64,000 bases of DNA from Candidatus Moranbacteria bacterium RIFCSPHIGHO2_01_FULL_55_24 (GTDB lineage Bacteria > Patescibacteriota > Minisyncoccia > Moranbacterales > UBA1568), in assembly GCA_001786575.1 (NCBI GenBank), contig MFRW01000009.1, positions 24,979 through 88,978 on the forward strand, in the 5' to 3' direction. Positions 9,220 through 18,227 of the stretch are shown here, piece after piece. The first letter of the stretch is position 1. Each line of letters starts with the position of its first letter. The notes under the pieces were generated by a model, which was not told the DNA's origin, did not search any database, and saw nothing but the letters and a program-made list of their open reading frames with translations. The translations under genes were made by a program, and so were the position numbers.

Positions 9220-9663
9220 TCAGCGTTTGCGATCATACAGGCCGATGAGTTCCGTCTGGGCGAGGATATGTCCCTCCATCATCCGTTCCACCTTTTCCTT
9301 GGTCGCGGATGAAGGCAGCGAGACAAGGGTATCGAGAGCGTAGAGCTTGAAGAAATAGCGGTGCTCCCGATCCGGAGGGCACGGGCCGCCATAGGCCGAG
9401 CGTCCGAAGCTCGTCATCCCCTGCACGGCGCCTGTCGGCACGGAATGTTCCGCGATGCTTGTGATACTCGGGTCGATATTCCAGAGCACCCAATGCACCC
9501 AGGTGCCTCGCGGGGCATCCGGATCATCCATGATAAGCGCAAAGCTTTCGGTCTCTTTCGGCGCACCGCTCCACGCAAGCGGCGGGTTCGCATTCTTTCC
9601 GTCGCAAGTATAGTGCGCGGGTATCGGTCCGTTATGCTTGAATGCAGGAGAGGTGAGATTCAT
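9220..9663 (-). CDS. YbhB/YbcL family (PEBP) protein
   Basis: DDPDAP, WVHW, YGGPCPP, HRYFFKLYALD motifs. Confidence 0.93.
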   Translation of the reverse strand: MNLTSPAFKHNGPIPAHYTCDGKNANPPLAWSGAPKETESFALIMDDPDAPRGTWVHWVLWNIDPSITSIAEHSVPTGAVQGMTSFGRSAYGGPCPPDREHRYFFKLYALDTLVSLPSSATKEKVERMMEGHILAQTELIGLYDRKR

Positions 9664-9719
9664 AACGTCAGTATATAGAAAAAATCTCCCTGTCGCCATC
9701 TGGCAACAGGGAGAAGAAT

Positions 9720-10283
9720 TTAGCCAAGGGAAATCTGTGATACTCCGAGAAATCTCCGAAGGAATTCCTGGCCGATAAGCGTTCCGAGCCATTGAATCGT
9801 GGTATTTACCACGAGAACATCGCGATCGTCTACAGGAGTGGCTCCGCGATACATTGCGTCCAGAGGATTTTCCGGGGTCGGCCTTTCATCGAGAATAGCA
9901 TGCACGGGAGTGCTTCCGAAGTTCACTATCCTTTCAGGGATACATTCCGCTTCCCACAACTCCGCGATGATATGCTCGGGAGTTTTTACAGGGAAGTCCA
10001 GTCGTTTCTTGAAGTTCGGCAAGCGTCTATTGATTGCGCCGAGTGAGAGCCGTCTCTCCTGTCTGCTCGGCCGATGGAATTCGAGCGGCGGAGCCTTGTG
10101 GAGATGCCGGATTTCCGGGACAACTCTCCCTTCGATAATATTTTGCAGACTTTGCATAACTGAAGCCCGATTCAACTTCCCCTCTTCGATTCGCCGGACA
10201 ATTTCGCTTAATTTCCGGTGGAGAGCGCCAAGGTCTTCGTTGGCAATCTTATAACCGTCTCCGACAGTTTTCACCGTCTCCAT
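9720..10283 (-). CDS. hypothetical protein (187 aa)
   Basis: AAAGGA SD, boxA-like leader, terminator hairpin near 9685-9715. Confidence 0.7.
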   Translation of the reverse strand: METVKTVGDGYKIANEDLGALHRKLSEIVRRIEEGKLNRASVMQSLQNIIEGRVVPEIRHLHKAPPLEFHRPSRQERRLSLGAINRRLPNFKKRLDFPVKTPEHIIAELWEAECIPERIVNFGSTPVHAILDERPTPENPLDAMYRGATPVDDRDVLVVNTTIQWLGTLIGQEFLRRFLGVSQISLG

Positions 10284-10457
10284 TGTGACAGTCCTTTCAT
10301 CTAGATTTGAAGGTACGCTTTACAGTGGATATAGATTGACATTCAGGCATAATTTTGTCAAAAAACTCTAGTAAATAAAAGGGCCCCTTGAATGTTCGAA
10401 CCCCTCGCTCCATAAAAGCAAAAAACTACCCCTTTCGGGATAGTTGTTTGCCTTATT

Positions 10458-10939
10458 GTTGGGGCTATGGGACGATGTTGGAACCTTTTTAGCTCAAAAT
10501 CAGTATAGCAGAAAAGATTGATCTGATCCGAGGACTATGGTAAATTCTAGCTAATCAAAGCTAGAGGAGGAAGTTCTGATGAGTTCTATTCGTATCACAG
10601 CGGTGCCACCCGGATTTGCACCTGAGTACATCAGGGAGCAATGGGTAGGTGTAACCATTCCCATGCCTTCCGCACAGGAGCTCGCAGAGTATCCAGTCTC
10701 CGATATGAGAATCGGGAGCGAAAACCTTGAAGGCTATCTGGTCTTTCGAGAAAAAGCCATTGAAGCTCTCATGGAAGCTGGCAAAAAAGAAGCTGCGCTT
10801 TTCTGGGACGGACTTCTTCTGGGAAAATACCTGCAATTTAGGAAGGATGGATGCGAAGTTGTCGACTGATGTCGGCGAGCGGTTAGTATGTGGCGTTGGA
10901 TGATTTGATCCAACGCCTTTTAAATTTTGTCAGTTGGGG
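10458..10939. mobile_element. tRNA-Gln-targeted single-gene mini-island (no integrase)
   Basis: Direct repeat GTTGGGG at 10458-10464 and 10933-10939 (tRNA 3' end); outer copy followed by a T-loop mimic. Confidence 0.6.
10579..10869 (+). CDS. hypothetical protein (96 aa), island cargo
   Basis: TTGATC-17-TAAATT promoter, GAGGAGG SD, terminator GGCGTTGGAT/ATCCAACGCC-TTTT. Confidence 0.8.
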   Translation: MSSIRITAVPPGFAPEYIREQWVGVTIPMPSAQELAEYPVSDMRIGSENLEGYLVFREKAIEALMEAGKKEAALFWDGLLLGKYLQFRKDGCEVVD

Positions 10940-11005
10940 AGGAGGGATTCGAACCCCCGCATCATAGGACCAGAACCTATTGCCTTACCGCTTGGCTACT
11001 CCCCA
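10934..11005 (-). tRNA. tRNA-Gln(CTG)
   Basis: Acceptor TGGGGAG/CTCCCCA, anticodon arm ATAGG-TTCTGGT-CCTAT, GGTTCGAATCC; CCA not encoded. Confidence 0.95.
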
Positions 11006-11102
11006 ATATCTTAGAACCCAGGGAGTCTGCTCCCCAGGAATTCAGGTTCCATCCTACCCTAAAACCCGGAAAAGTTCAAGAGAAAAGAAAAGCCCAGTAT
11101 TT

Positions 11103-11267
11103 CTAGTGGGCTTTTAGGAAGGGAAGGTATTTGACCAAGCCGAGTGGACCTATGAAGAGACATAGGAACACGATGAGAATCAAAGCGGCGAGAATGGCCT
11201 TTTGAACCCATAGTGCTTCTTCTTGTTCGATACGGCTTTTGGTAAAGTCGTAGTCTTGCTTCTTCAT
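11103..11267 (-). CDS. small membrane protein (54 aa), absent from supplied ORF track
   Basis: MKKQDYDFTKSRIEQEEALWVQKAILAALILIVFLCLFIGPLGLVKYLPFLKAH*; GGGAGGAG SD, boxA-like GTTCTTTTGAAA, terminator overlapping stop. Confidence 0.7.
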   Translation of the reverse strand: MKKQDYDFTKSRIEQEEALWVQKAILAALILIVFLCLFIGPLGLVKYLPFLKAH

Positions 11268-11317
11268 TTCTCTCCTCCCTTTCTGGATGGAGTTTCAAAA
11301 GAACTCTGGAAACTTCT

Positions 11318-12232
11318 CTATACCTTGAGATACCTCCGGATTGCGATAGCGCTGGAAACCACTCCCAAGCCCATGCCGAGGAGGATAAGCCCCAGCAGTA
11401 TGAACCCGAAGTTCTGAAGATAGAGATTCATGAAGTTCCCCTGCGGAATAGCGCCCTGGGTCAGCGGCGAGATGTAGTAGGCGATCCCGAAGAGCAGGAA
11501 AATGGTGACTATCGCTGCCGAAAGGCCGTAGAGAATACCCTCGAAGATGAACGGCGTCCGTACGTAGAGGTTGGAGGCTCCCACGAGGCGCATGATCTCG
11601 AATTCCTGGCGGTGCGAATAGATGGTGATGCGGATAGTGTTGAAGGTGATGAGGATGGCGATGAAGATGAAGGAGAACCCGATGGCGATGCCGGACTTCC
11701 GGGTCGCCTCGTTGATACGCTCCAGACGCTCGAAGATGCGTTTGTTTTCCTCGTAGTTGATGCGGCTGATGTCGTTCTGGAACGTAGACTTCTGGAGCTG
11801 CTCTACGATGAGCGGGTAGTCCTCCGGGTTGACGGCCTTGATATTGAGCGAGGCCAGAAGCGGGTTTTCGCCGATCTCCTCTATCGCCTGGGCGATGACC
11901 GGGTTGTTCTTGGCGAGAAAGTCCTCGAGCGCCCGCTCGCGCGAGACATACTGCACCGAAGCGATCTCCTTACCGTACTTCGAGAGCTCTTTCTGGATCT
12001 CAAGGATGCGTTCTTCCGTGACGTCCGGGTTGAAGGAGACGTTGACGCTCACCTTTTCGCGCATCGTGTCTAAGATGAGGCTCGTGGTGACGCCGAGGAG
12101 GACCGAGAGGCTCACGATGAAGAGCGAGAGCGTGAGAATGCTCACCGTAGCGAAAGACAACCACCCATTGCGGCGGAAATTCTGCCATCCTTCCTTGAAT
12201 GTTCTCCAGAGTTTGAGGGTTTTGTTTGACAT
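11318..12232 (-). CDS. ftsX: cell division permease FtsX
   Basis: EFEIMRLVGAS...PFIFEG motif, 4 TM, follows ftsE. Confidence 0.93.
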   Translation of the reverse strand: MSNKTLKLWRTFKEGWQNFRRNGWLSFATVSILTLSLFIVSLSVLLGVTTSLILDTMREKVSVNVSFNPDVTEERILEIQKELSKYGKEIASVQYVSRERALEDFLAKNNPVIAQAIEEIGENPLLASLNIKAVNPEDYPLIVEQLQKSTFQNDISRINYEENKRIFERLERINEATRKSGIAIGFSFIFIAILITFNTIRITIYSHRQEFEIMRLVGASNLYVRTPFIFEGILYGLSAAIVTIFLLFGIAYYISPLTQGAIPQGNFMNLYLQNFGFILLGLILLGMGLGVVSSAIAIRRYLKV

Positions 12233-12239
12233 AGGCGTT

Positions 12240-12965
12240 TTAGAGTTTGAGGGCTGTTTTGGGAGCGGGGACGACATACTTGCCGTGCATCTCGTCGCTT
12301 ACGATATGGCCGTCGTCGAGCGCGATGACGCGCCGGCCGATATTGTCGACGATCCCCTTGTTGTGGGTCGCCAGGAGGATAGTCGTTCCGAAGGAATTGA
12401 TCTCCAGGAGCAAGTGGATGATCTCGTCCGTTGAACGCGGGTCGAGGTTTCCGGTCGGCTCATCCGCGATGATGACCTTGGGCCGGTGGATCAGGGCGCG
12501 GGCCAATGCGACGCGCTGCTGCTCGCCTCCGGAAAGCTGTTTGGGGAATTTGTGCATCTTGTCGCCGAGGCCCACGATGTCGAGGATTTCCGGCACCTGG
12601 GCATTGATCTCCTCGGTGCTCACCCCGTCCACTTCGAGCGCGTAGGCGACGTTTTCGAACGCGGTACGCTGCGGCAGGAGCTTGAAGTCCTGGAACACGG
12701 TCCCGATGTTACGCCGATAGTATGGCAAGTGCTTCCTGTTGATCTTCCCGACGGGACGTTCGTTGAAGTAGACTTCCCCTTCCGTAGGGATTTCCTCGGC
12801 GGAGATGAGCTTCAGGAGCGTAGATTTCCCAGCGCCGGATGGCCCTACGAGCGACACGAACTCGCCGGGCATGATGGACACGCTCACGTTCTCGAGCACA
12901 TTCGGATTGTGGGGAAAAGTCTTGGTGACGTTCTCGAAGCGGATAATAGGCTGGATGTCTGCCAT
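12240..12965 (-). CDS. ftsE: cell division ATP-binding protein FtsE
   Basis: GPSGAGKST, VFQDFKLL, LSGGEQQRV, ADEPTGNLDP. Confidence 0.95.
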   Translation of the reverse strand: MADIQPIIRFENVTKTFPHNPNVLENVSVSIMPGEFVSLVGPSGAGKSTLLKLISAEEIPTEGEVYFNERPVGKINRKHLPYYRRNIGTVFQDFKLLPQRTAFENVAYALEVDGVSTEEINAQVPEILDIVGLGDKMHKFPKQLSGGEQQRVALARALIHRPKVIIADEPTGNLDPRSTDEIIHLLLEINSFGTTILLATHNKGIVDNIGRRVIALDDGHIVSDEMHGKYVVPAPKTALKL

Positions 12966-12986
12966 AGGTTCTTCTGAAATGTTGTT

Positions 12987-14079
12987 TTAATTTTTTGAAA
13001 AATAGCGGAGCTCGCTTTCTATGAACGGCTGGAGGTCGCCGTCGAGCACTTTCTGGGCATCGCTGGTCTCGGTACCGGTCCGATGATCTTTGACGAGGGT
13101 ATACGGATGCAGCACGTATGAGCGGATCTGATTCCCCCATTCGGCGCTCTTGTACTCGCCTCGGAGCTTCTGCTTCTCGCGTTCCTGCTCCTCGATGCGC
13201 TCCTGGAGCACCTTCGAGCGCAGCATCTTCATGGCTTCTTCGCGGTTCTGGAGCTGGGAGCGCTCGCTCTGCGAGGCTGCCACCAATCCCGTAGGGATAT
13301 GCGTGATGCGGACGGCGCTCTCGGTCTTGTTCACATGCTGGCCGCCTGCCCCGCTGGCGCGGTAGGTGTCGATCCGCAGATCTTCCGGGCGGATCTCGAT
13401 CGCCGTATCGTCATCGACGACCGGCATGATTTCGACCGAAGCGAAAGATGTCTGGCGCAGGTTATTGGCATTGAAGGGCGAGAGGCGTACCAGCCGATGG
13501 ATGCCCGCTTCGCCTCGGAGATATCCGTAGGCATAGGCGCCATCGATCTCGATCGTCGCACTCTTGATTCCGGCTTCGCCGCCGCGCGCTTCATCCAGGA
13601 CCTTCGTCGCGAATCCTTGGCGTTCTGCGTAGCGCAGATACATGCGCAGGAGTATCTCGGCCCAATCCTGGGCGTCCACTCCGCCGGCGCCGCTCCGAAT
13701 AGTCAGGAGGACGCTCCGCATGTCGTGCTCGCCGCCGAGGAGCGTTTTCCACTCCCATGCATCGAGCTTTTCTTGGAGCGCGGCTACTTCCTTTTCCGCA
13801 GCTGCCTGGTCTTCCTCGGTGAAGCCTTCCATCGCTAGGAGAGAGGAAAGGTCGTCGAGAGATGTCCGCAGCGTTTCGAAATCAGCCTTTTCGCTCCGAA
13901 GGGTCTCGAGCTCCTGCATGATCCTCCCGGCCTTCTGGGGATCATCCCAGAATTTGGGGTCATGACTCAAAAGCTCGAGCTCCTGAATGCGCTTTTCCTT
14001 GCGCGTCCAGTCAAAGATAGTCCTGCAACTGCAGGAGTTTTTGTTGAAGAACTTGGATGTGCTCTTTGATGCTCTCCAT
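12987..14079 (-). CDS. prfB: peptide chain release factor 2 with programmed +1 frameshift
   Basis: SPF and GGQ motifs; ATG at 14079, codon 22 CTT then TGA C (14016-14010). Confidence 0.96.
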
Positions 14080-14187
14080 AGGAAAAAGTATACCATATTT
14101 CCGAAGCGCAAAAAAGAAATGCCGCGCTCTGTCGGCGAGGGTTGAACTTTTTCCCATTTTGCGCTAGGATAAGAAACGTTTTCCCGT

Positions 14188-14223
14188 GCCACCTTAGCTC
14201 GCAGCGGGTAGAGCGATGCCTTT
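14188..14223 (+). pseudogene. tRNA 5'-half remnant (Thr-like)
   Basis: GCCACCT-TA-GCTC-loop with GG-GAGC D-arm, then breaks off; preceded by TTGAAC-17-TAGGAT. Confidence 0.5.
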
Positions 14224-14274
14224 CCGCCAGAGGCGGATATACTGCACGCAGAGGTATTTTTCAACTTTCAATAA

Positions 14275-14347
14275 GCCAAGATAGCTCAGTCGGCAGAGCG
14301 GCGCATTCGTAACGCGCAGGTCCCGGGTTCGATCCCCGGTCTTGGCT
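14275..14347 (+). tRNA. tRNA-Thr(CGT)
   Basis: GCCAAGA/TCTTGGC acceptor, loop TTCGTAA, GGTTCGATCCC. Confidence 0.93.
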
Positions 14348-14351
14348 CATA

Positions 14352-14384
14352 GAAAAAACAGCCCTTTCGGGGCTGTTTTCTTTT
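14352..14384. terminator. bidirectional terminator
   Basis: AAAACAGCCC-TTTC-GGGGCTGTTTT between convergent tRNA-Thr and DsbA-like gene. Confidence 0.8.
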
Positions 14385-14397
14385 GGAGAGAAATCTG

Positions 14398-15432
14398 TTA
14401 CTCCCCTTGCGGAAGCGCCTTGGCAATTCTTTCCTCCAGCGTAGCCGCGTCCACGGCTCCGTTCAAGAGCGTGTCCCCGACGAAGGTGCTCGGAGTGCCG
14501 GAGATGCCGTAGTTCTCGGCAGAGAGGGCGTCTGCGCGGAGCTTGTCCTGCTGTTTCTCCTCGCCGAGGCAGGCTTCGAAGCGTCGGCCATCGAGGCGGA
14601 GCTGCCAAGCGGCATTCGTGAACCAGCGTTGCCCCGACTGATTCCCCCACTCGTTCTGGCGGGCGAAGAGCTGATTGGCATATTCCGGAAACTTCCCTTG
14701 TTCCGCTGCGCACTGGGCGGCTACGGCGGCGTTCTCGGCCTGGGCGTGGAACGAGAGCGGCAGGTGCCGATAGACGAACGCTACGTCCTTGCCGTGCTTC
14801 TTCCGGGCGTCCTCGAGCGTCTTGTGGAATTGCTTGCAGTACTCGCACTGGAAATCCGTGTAAACGAACACTTTGAGCGGCGCGTTCTGGTCGCCCAAGA
14901 CGATGTCGCCAGGCTCGATGCTCGGTGCTTCGAGGTACTTGCCGGCCGGCAGTCCCAGCGGAGCCATATTGAAGGCGTAGCGGTTGTCCTGCTCCTGGAA
15001 GAGGCTTTGGGCCTGGGCGTAGAAATCCGTCTTGGTGACGCCGTCGGAAAAGATGAAGGCCGGGAGCGAGGTGATGTGGAAGCGCTTGATGAGCGCCTGG
15101 CCGAGTTCGCTTTCCGCTTCTACCGGTGAGGCTTCGAGGGTCGGTATGACGCGGCGCAGCCAGACGAGCGCTTCTTTGGGGCTGCAGGCTTCGCAGTCGG
15201 CTTCGGTGACGATCTGGAGGGAAACCTTGGGGTCTTTGAAGGCTACCCAGGTCTTGCCCGGTGTTTCGAGGACATCGTAGTCGCGTACGACGTGCCGCGA
15301 GAAGCCCTGGCCCGTCGCCAGCTGGACGAAGTCTACGAAGAGGCTACCGGCAAAGAGTCCGAAGAGCAGGATGACGATGGCGGAAAGGTTCTGGATGCGC
15401 TGTTCTGGGGTGAGAGGAGTTTTCGGTTCCAT
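14398..15432 (-). CDS. membrane-anchored DsbA/thioredoxin-fold protein with two CxxC domains
   Basis: TM, CEAC, YTDFQCEYC, YRHLPL, GTPS. Confidence 0.88.
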   Translation of the reverse strand: MEPKTPLTPEQRIQNLSAIVILLFGLFAGSLFVDFVQLATGQGFSRHVVRDYDVLETPGKTWVAFKDPKVSLQIVTEADCEACSPKEALVWLRRVIPTLEASPVEAESELGQALIKRFHITSLPAFIFSDGVTKTDFYAQAQSLFQEQDNRYAFNMAPLGLPAGKYLEAPSIEPGDIVLGDQNAPLKVFVYTDFQCEYCKQFHKTLEDARKKHGKDVAFVYRHLPLSFHAQAENAAVAAQCAAEQGKFPEYANQLFARQNEWGNQSGQRWFTNAAWQLRLDGRRFEACLGEEKQQDKLRADALSAENYGISGTPSTFVGDTLLNGAVDAATLEERIAKALPQGE

Positions 15433-15446
15433 AATGGTGGTATCAA

Positions 15447-15803
15447 TTATTCTTTTTCGCACATGGGGCCGGCCGGTGCCGCATCGCTCGGAGCGACGGA
15501 TCCGTCGAGAGCGAGCTCTTCCTGGAGCGCGTTTATATCATAGCGCTCGGCTGTACCCGCGACCGTGTAGTCGCTGTAGCCGATAGTGAAGCTCTTCTCT
15601 GCGAAAAGCTTGATGCCGGTGCCGACGATGAGACCGCAGGCGAAGAGGATGAGGAGTTCCCGGGCCGTGAAGTCTCTCCGGATCCGGAGGGAGAGCGCGT
15701 GGGAGGATTTCTCCTTTGCTTCCCGAAGGAGCGCTTCAAGTCGGGAGAGCGCTTTCTGGAGGGCTTGGCGGATCTTGGCAATCGTGTCCTGGATATGCTC
15801 CAT
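15447..15803 (-). CDS. hypothetical membrane protein
   Basis: One TM then TIGYSDY; directly upstream of DsbA-like gene. Confidence 0.7.
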   Translation of the reverse strand: MEHIQDTIAKIRQALQKALSRLEALLREAKEKSSHALSLRIRRDFTARELLILFACGLIVGTGIKLFAEKSFTIGYSDYTVAGTAERYDINALQEELALDGSVAPSDAAPAGPMCEKE

Positions 15804-15922
15804 AGAGGGCTTTTAAATATTCCCCTCAAAGTAGCACAGGAGCCGCCGGTCTGCAACCGCTCCCCTAAGAGGAAGATCGGGCAAAGAAAAACGCAGTCTC
15901 ATGTTCATGAAACTGCGTAGAG

Positions 15923-16675
15923 TTACTTCTTGGCGAAAGCTCCGGGAGCCCGGAGGGTGGCGAATTCCCCGTCCGTATCGCCGTACCATTCGGAGATCCA
16001 GGCTTCGCAATTGTTGCTTGCCTGGCACTTCTCGTCATAGCCGTTGTACGGGACTTCCAGGTCCCGCCAGTAGTCGAGTCCCAGCTGGAGCCGGGCGGCG
16101 CCAGCGATGCGCGCTTCCACCTCGACGATGTGGCGCGTTCCCGGAGTCGTTTCGGCTCTGGGCGCGGTCCAGCCATGGTAGACATTCTGCGATGCCTCTT
16201 CCAGGCTGATGCGGAGCGCATGGTCCTTCAGGCTTTCCAGCTTGGAGGCATGATCGCCTTCGCCTGGACCGAACCATTCCGGCAGACGTTTGAAGAGCCC
16301 GCCTTCGAATCCCTTGCGGTCATTTCCGAAAGAGACTTCGCGCACGGTCTTCTCTTCGCCTGTCTCGATATTCTGTTCGATCACTTTGATGGAACGGATC
16401 TCGATCTCGGCTTTGGAGCCTTCGACGGCGCAAGGCAGGACGGTGGCGGCATTGATCCAGCCGACGACCGCCGAGTAGTCACCCGGCGTATTCTTCTCGC
16501 GGATGGTCTCGTCTTTCCAGATCGCTCCTTGCGGAACGCGGAAGGTATTGACCGACAGGTTCGGGGCCACTTCGCAGATGGTCTGTTTGACCGGGTCGGC
16601 CAAAGCTTGGCCATAGGTACTGGCGTAGGCTACCGTCAGGCCGAGCATAGCGATGGAACGCAAAACGATTCCCAT
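15923..16675 (-). CDS. secreted hypothetical protein
   Basis: Signal peptide (ALA-D), GGAGG SD, TTGACA-17-TATAAT at 16794-16766. Confidence 0.75.
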   Translation of the reverse strand: MGIVLRSIAMLGLTVAYASTYGQALADPVKQTICEVAPNLSVNTFRVPQGAIWKDETIREKNTPGDYSAVVGWINAATVLPCAVEGSKAEIEIRSIKVIEQNIETGEEKTVREVSFGNDRKGFEGGLFKRLPEWFGPGEGDHASKLESLKDHALRISLEEASQNVYHGWTAPRAETTPGTRHIVEVEARIAGAARLQLGLDYWRDLEVPYNGYDEKCQASNNCEAWISEWYGDTDGEFATLRAPGAFAKK

Positions 16676-16859
16676 AGGTCTCCTCCATGAGCTCCTTGTC
16701 TCAAGGAACATAAGCGGTTTACAAAAAGTCGATCCCACGCGAAACAAGCACGAAATCAACAATATATTATAGCAAAATTCGCTATTTATGTCAATGATAC
16801 TAGTCTGTTAAGAAAAAAGAAAGCCACGACTTCGGAGAAGCCGTGGCGAAACAAGGAAG

Positions 16860-17615
16860 CTAGTTCGAAAGCGCCCGGAGAGTTTTCTTCCGGAGACAAG
16901 CGATTTTCCCGAAAAAGGCATGTGAGTCATTCTCGGAGTTATCCCCTAATCGGAGTCTTTCGACAGTGGTCGGCAGGATATCCAGCGTGATCCGCGTGTT
17001 TTCAGAGAGGTTCTGCCCGATAAGCACTAGCTGGCCGTTCAGTCTGGAGGAACAGCCGTCCAGGAAACGTTGGAGATCGTGGACGTCGTTCCAGTCGACT
17101 TCCACCAGCTTCACGTGGTGCATGTATTCCTGATTGCGGAGCATTTCCGCCATGCGCGGATTCTGGGTATCCATGACCTGGGAAATCCGCAGCCGGAGCC
17201 GCAGATTTTTATCATAGTACCGGGGATTGGTGTAGAAACGTTCGTAATCGTACCCGAAATCATGAAGTTCACTGATATCTAGCGATCCTGTGATCTTCCG
17301 GAAGTCATACATCCATTGAAGGATGTCATCTGCGCTGGAATAGATCATGTGGGCATTGACGATTGCCGGGTCACTACCCTTCCTCTGCATGAGATCGTCC
17401 AGTGTGGGCAGCAGGGCTTTTTCCAGGAAGCCGAATGAAGACACCGGGATGCGCCACCTGGAAACGGAATCGACATCCCAGTTCAAGAGCGGCACGACCT
17501 TCAGGGCTATGAATTTCAGTTCCAAAGCTTTCTTCCAAGTCCTCTCTACGGAAAGTATGGCGACTGGAAACAGCATATAGTTGGATATGGCTATCCTCTT
17601 GCTGGCGTGTTGCAT
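16860..17615 (-). CDS. hypothetical protein, possibly degenerate TIM-barrel (sugar isomerase-like)
   Basis: AAAGGGG SD; fold guess only from N-terminal pattern. Confidence 0.6.
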   Translation of the reverse strand: MQHASKRIAISNYMLFPVAILSVERTWKKALELKFIALKVVPLLNWDVDSVSRWRIPVSSFGFLEKALLPTLDDLMQRKGSDPAIVNAHMIYSSADDILQWMYDFRKITGSLDISELHDFGYDYERFYTNPRYYDKNLRLRLRISQVMDTQNPRMAEMLRNQEYMHHVKLVEVDWNDVHDLQRFLDGCSSRLNGQLVLIGQNLSENTRITLDILPTTVERLRLGDNSENDSHAFFGKIACLRKKTLRALSN

Positions 17616-17655
17616 GATCGTTCCCCTTTCGAGCGTTGGATGTCGGCTTTTCCGT

Positions 17656-17889
17656 TCAGCCGGCGAAGAAATGGAAATCGATGCTTCGTATAGCGAAGCC
17701 GATGGATATGCATAGCAACAGCAGGATGACGATACTGACAGAACCCCGGAAGACGCTATTCCTGCGCCCGGCCGATATCGAGAACAGCAGGTATGCAATA
17801 ACTACGATCCCGATAAGCACGAACAAAGCGATGATTATCAGTCCGATAGAGACTGTGATAGCTTGCAATACAAGATAGGGTTCTGACAC
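17656..17889 (-). CDS. small two-TM membrane protein
   Basis: GTG start after GAGGAG, TTGACA promoter, boxA-like GCTCTTTAAGAA. Confidence 0.7.
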   Translation of the reverse strand: MSEPYLVLQAITVSIGLIIIALFVLIGIVVIAYLLFSISAGRRNSVFRGSVSIVILLLLCISIGFAIRSIDFHFFAG

Positions 17890-18037
17890 GTTTCTTCTCC
17901 TCTGGTAGCTTGGGATTTCTTAAAGAGCTACTTTTGGAATACCAAAGCTGGCATCCGGATGTCAAGGATTTTTCCATATAAAAATCACCCGATGGGTATC
18001 AGGTGATTGAGGGGAATTGGTGCCTGAATTCAGGCGA

Positions 18038-18160
18038 TTAGGGCAGCTTTCCGCTGTTTTTGGAAAACCATACCCTTAGGAAATGTGCTGCTAGGCAGAG
18101 AACGCCTATTCCGGCGATAATGCCCGCAGGGAGACTTATTAGTGCAGAATACTGTGCCAT
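18038..18160 (-). CDS. small single-TM protein (40 aa)
   Basis: AGGAGG SD, own promoter and terminator; MAQYSALISLPAGIIAGIGVLCLAAHFLRVWFSKNSGKLP. Confidence 0.65.
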   Translation of the reverse strand: MAQYSALISLPAGIIAGIGVLCLAAHFLRVWFSKNSGKLP

Positions 18161-18227
18161 AATCCATCCTCCTAGAGGTTTGCGGATTCGAGGTACTGAC
18201 TTCGGTATAGCACCTTCCCGCTCTATG

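Noticed and set aside
14080-14264. N-terminal extension of the prfB ORF in the supplied track
   Set aside because: Artefact of the +1 frameshift; the real start is the ATG at 14079.
14347-14400. Third mini-island at tRNA-Thr
   Set aside because: The tRNA is followed directly by its terminator; no repeated core found.
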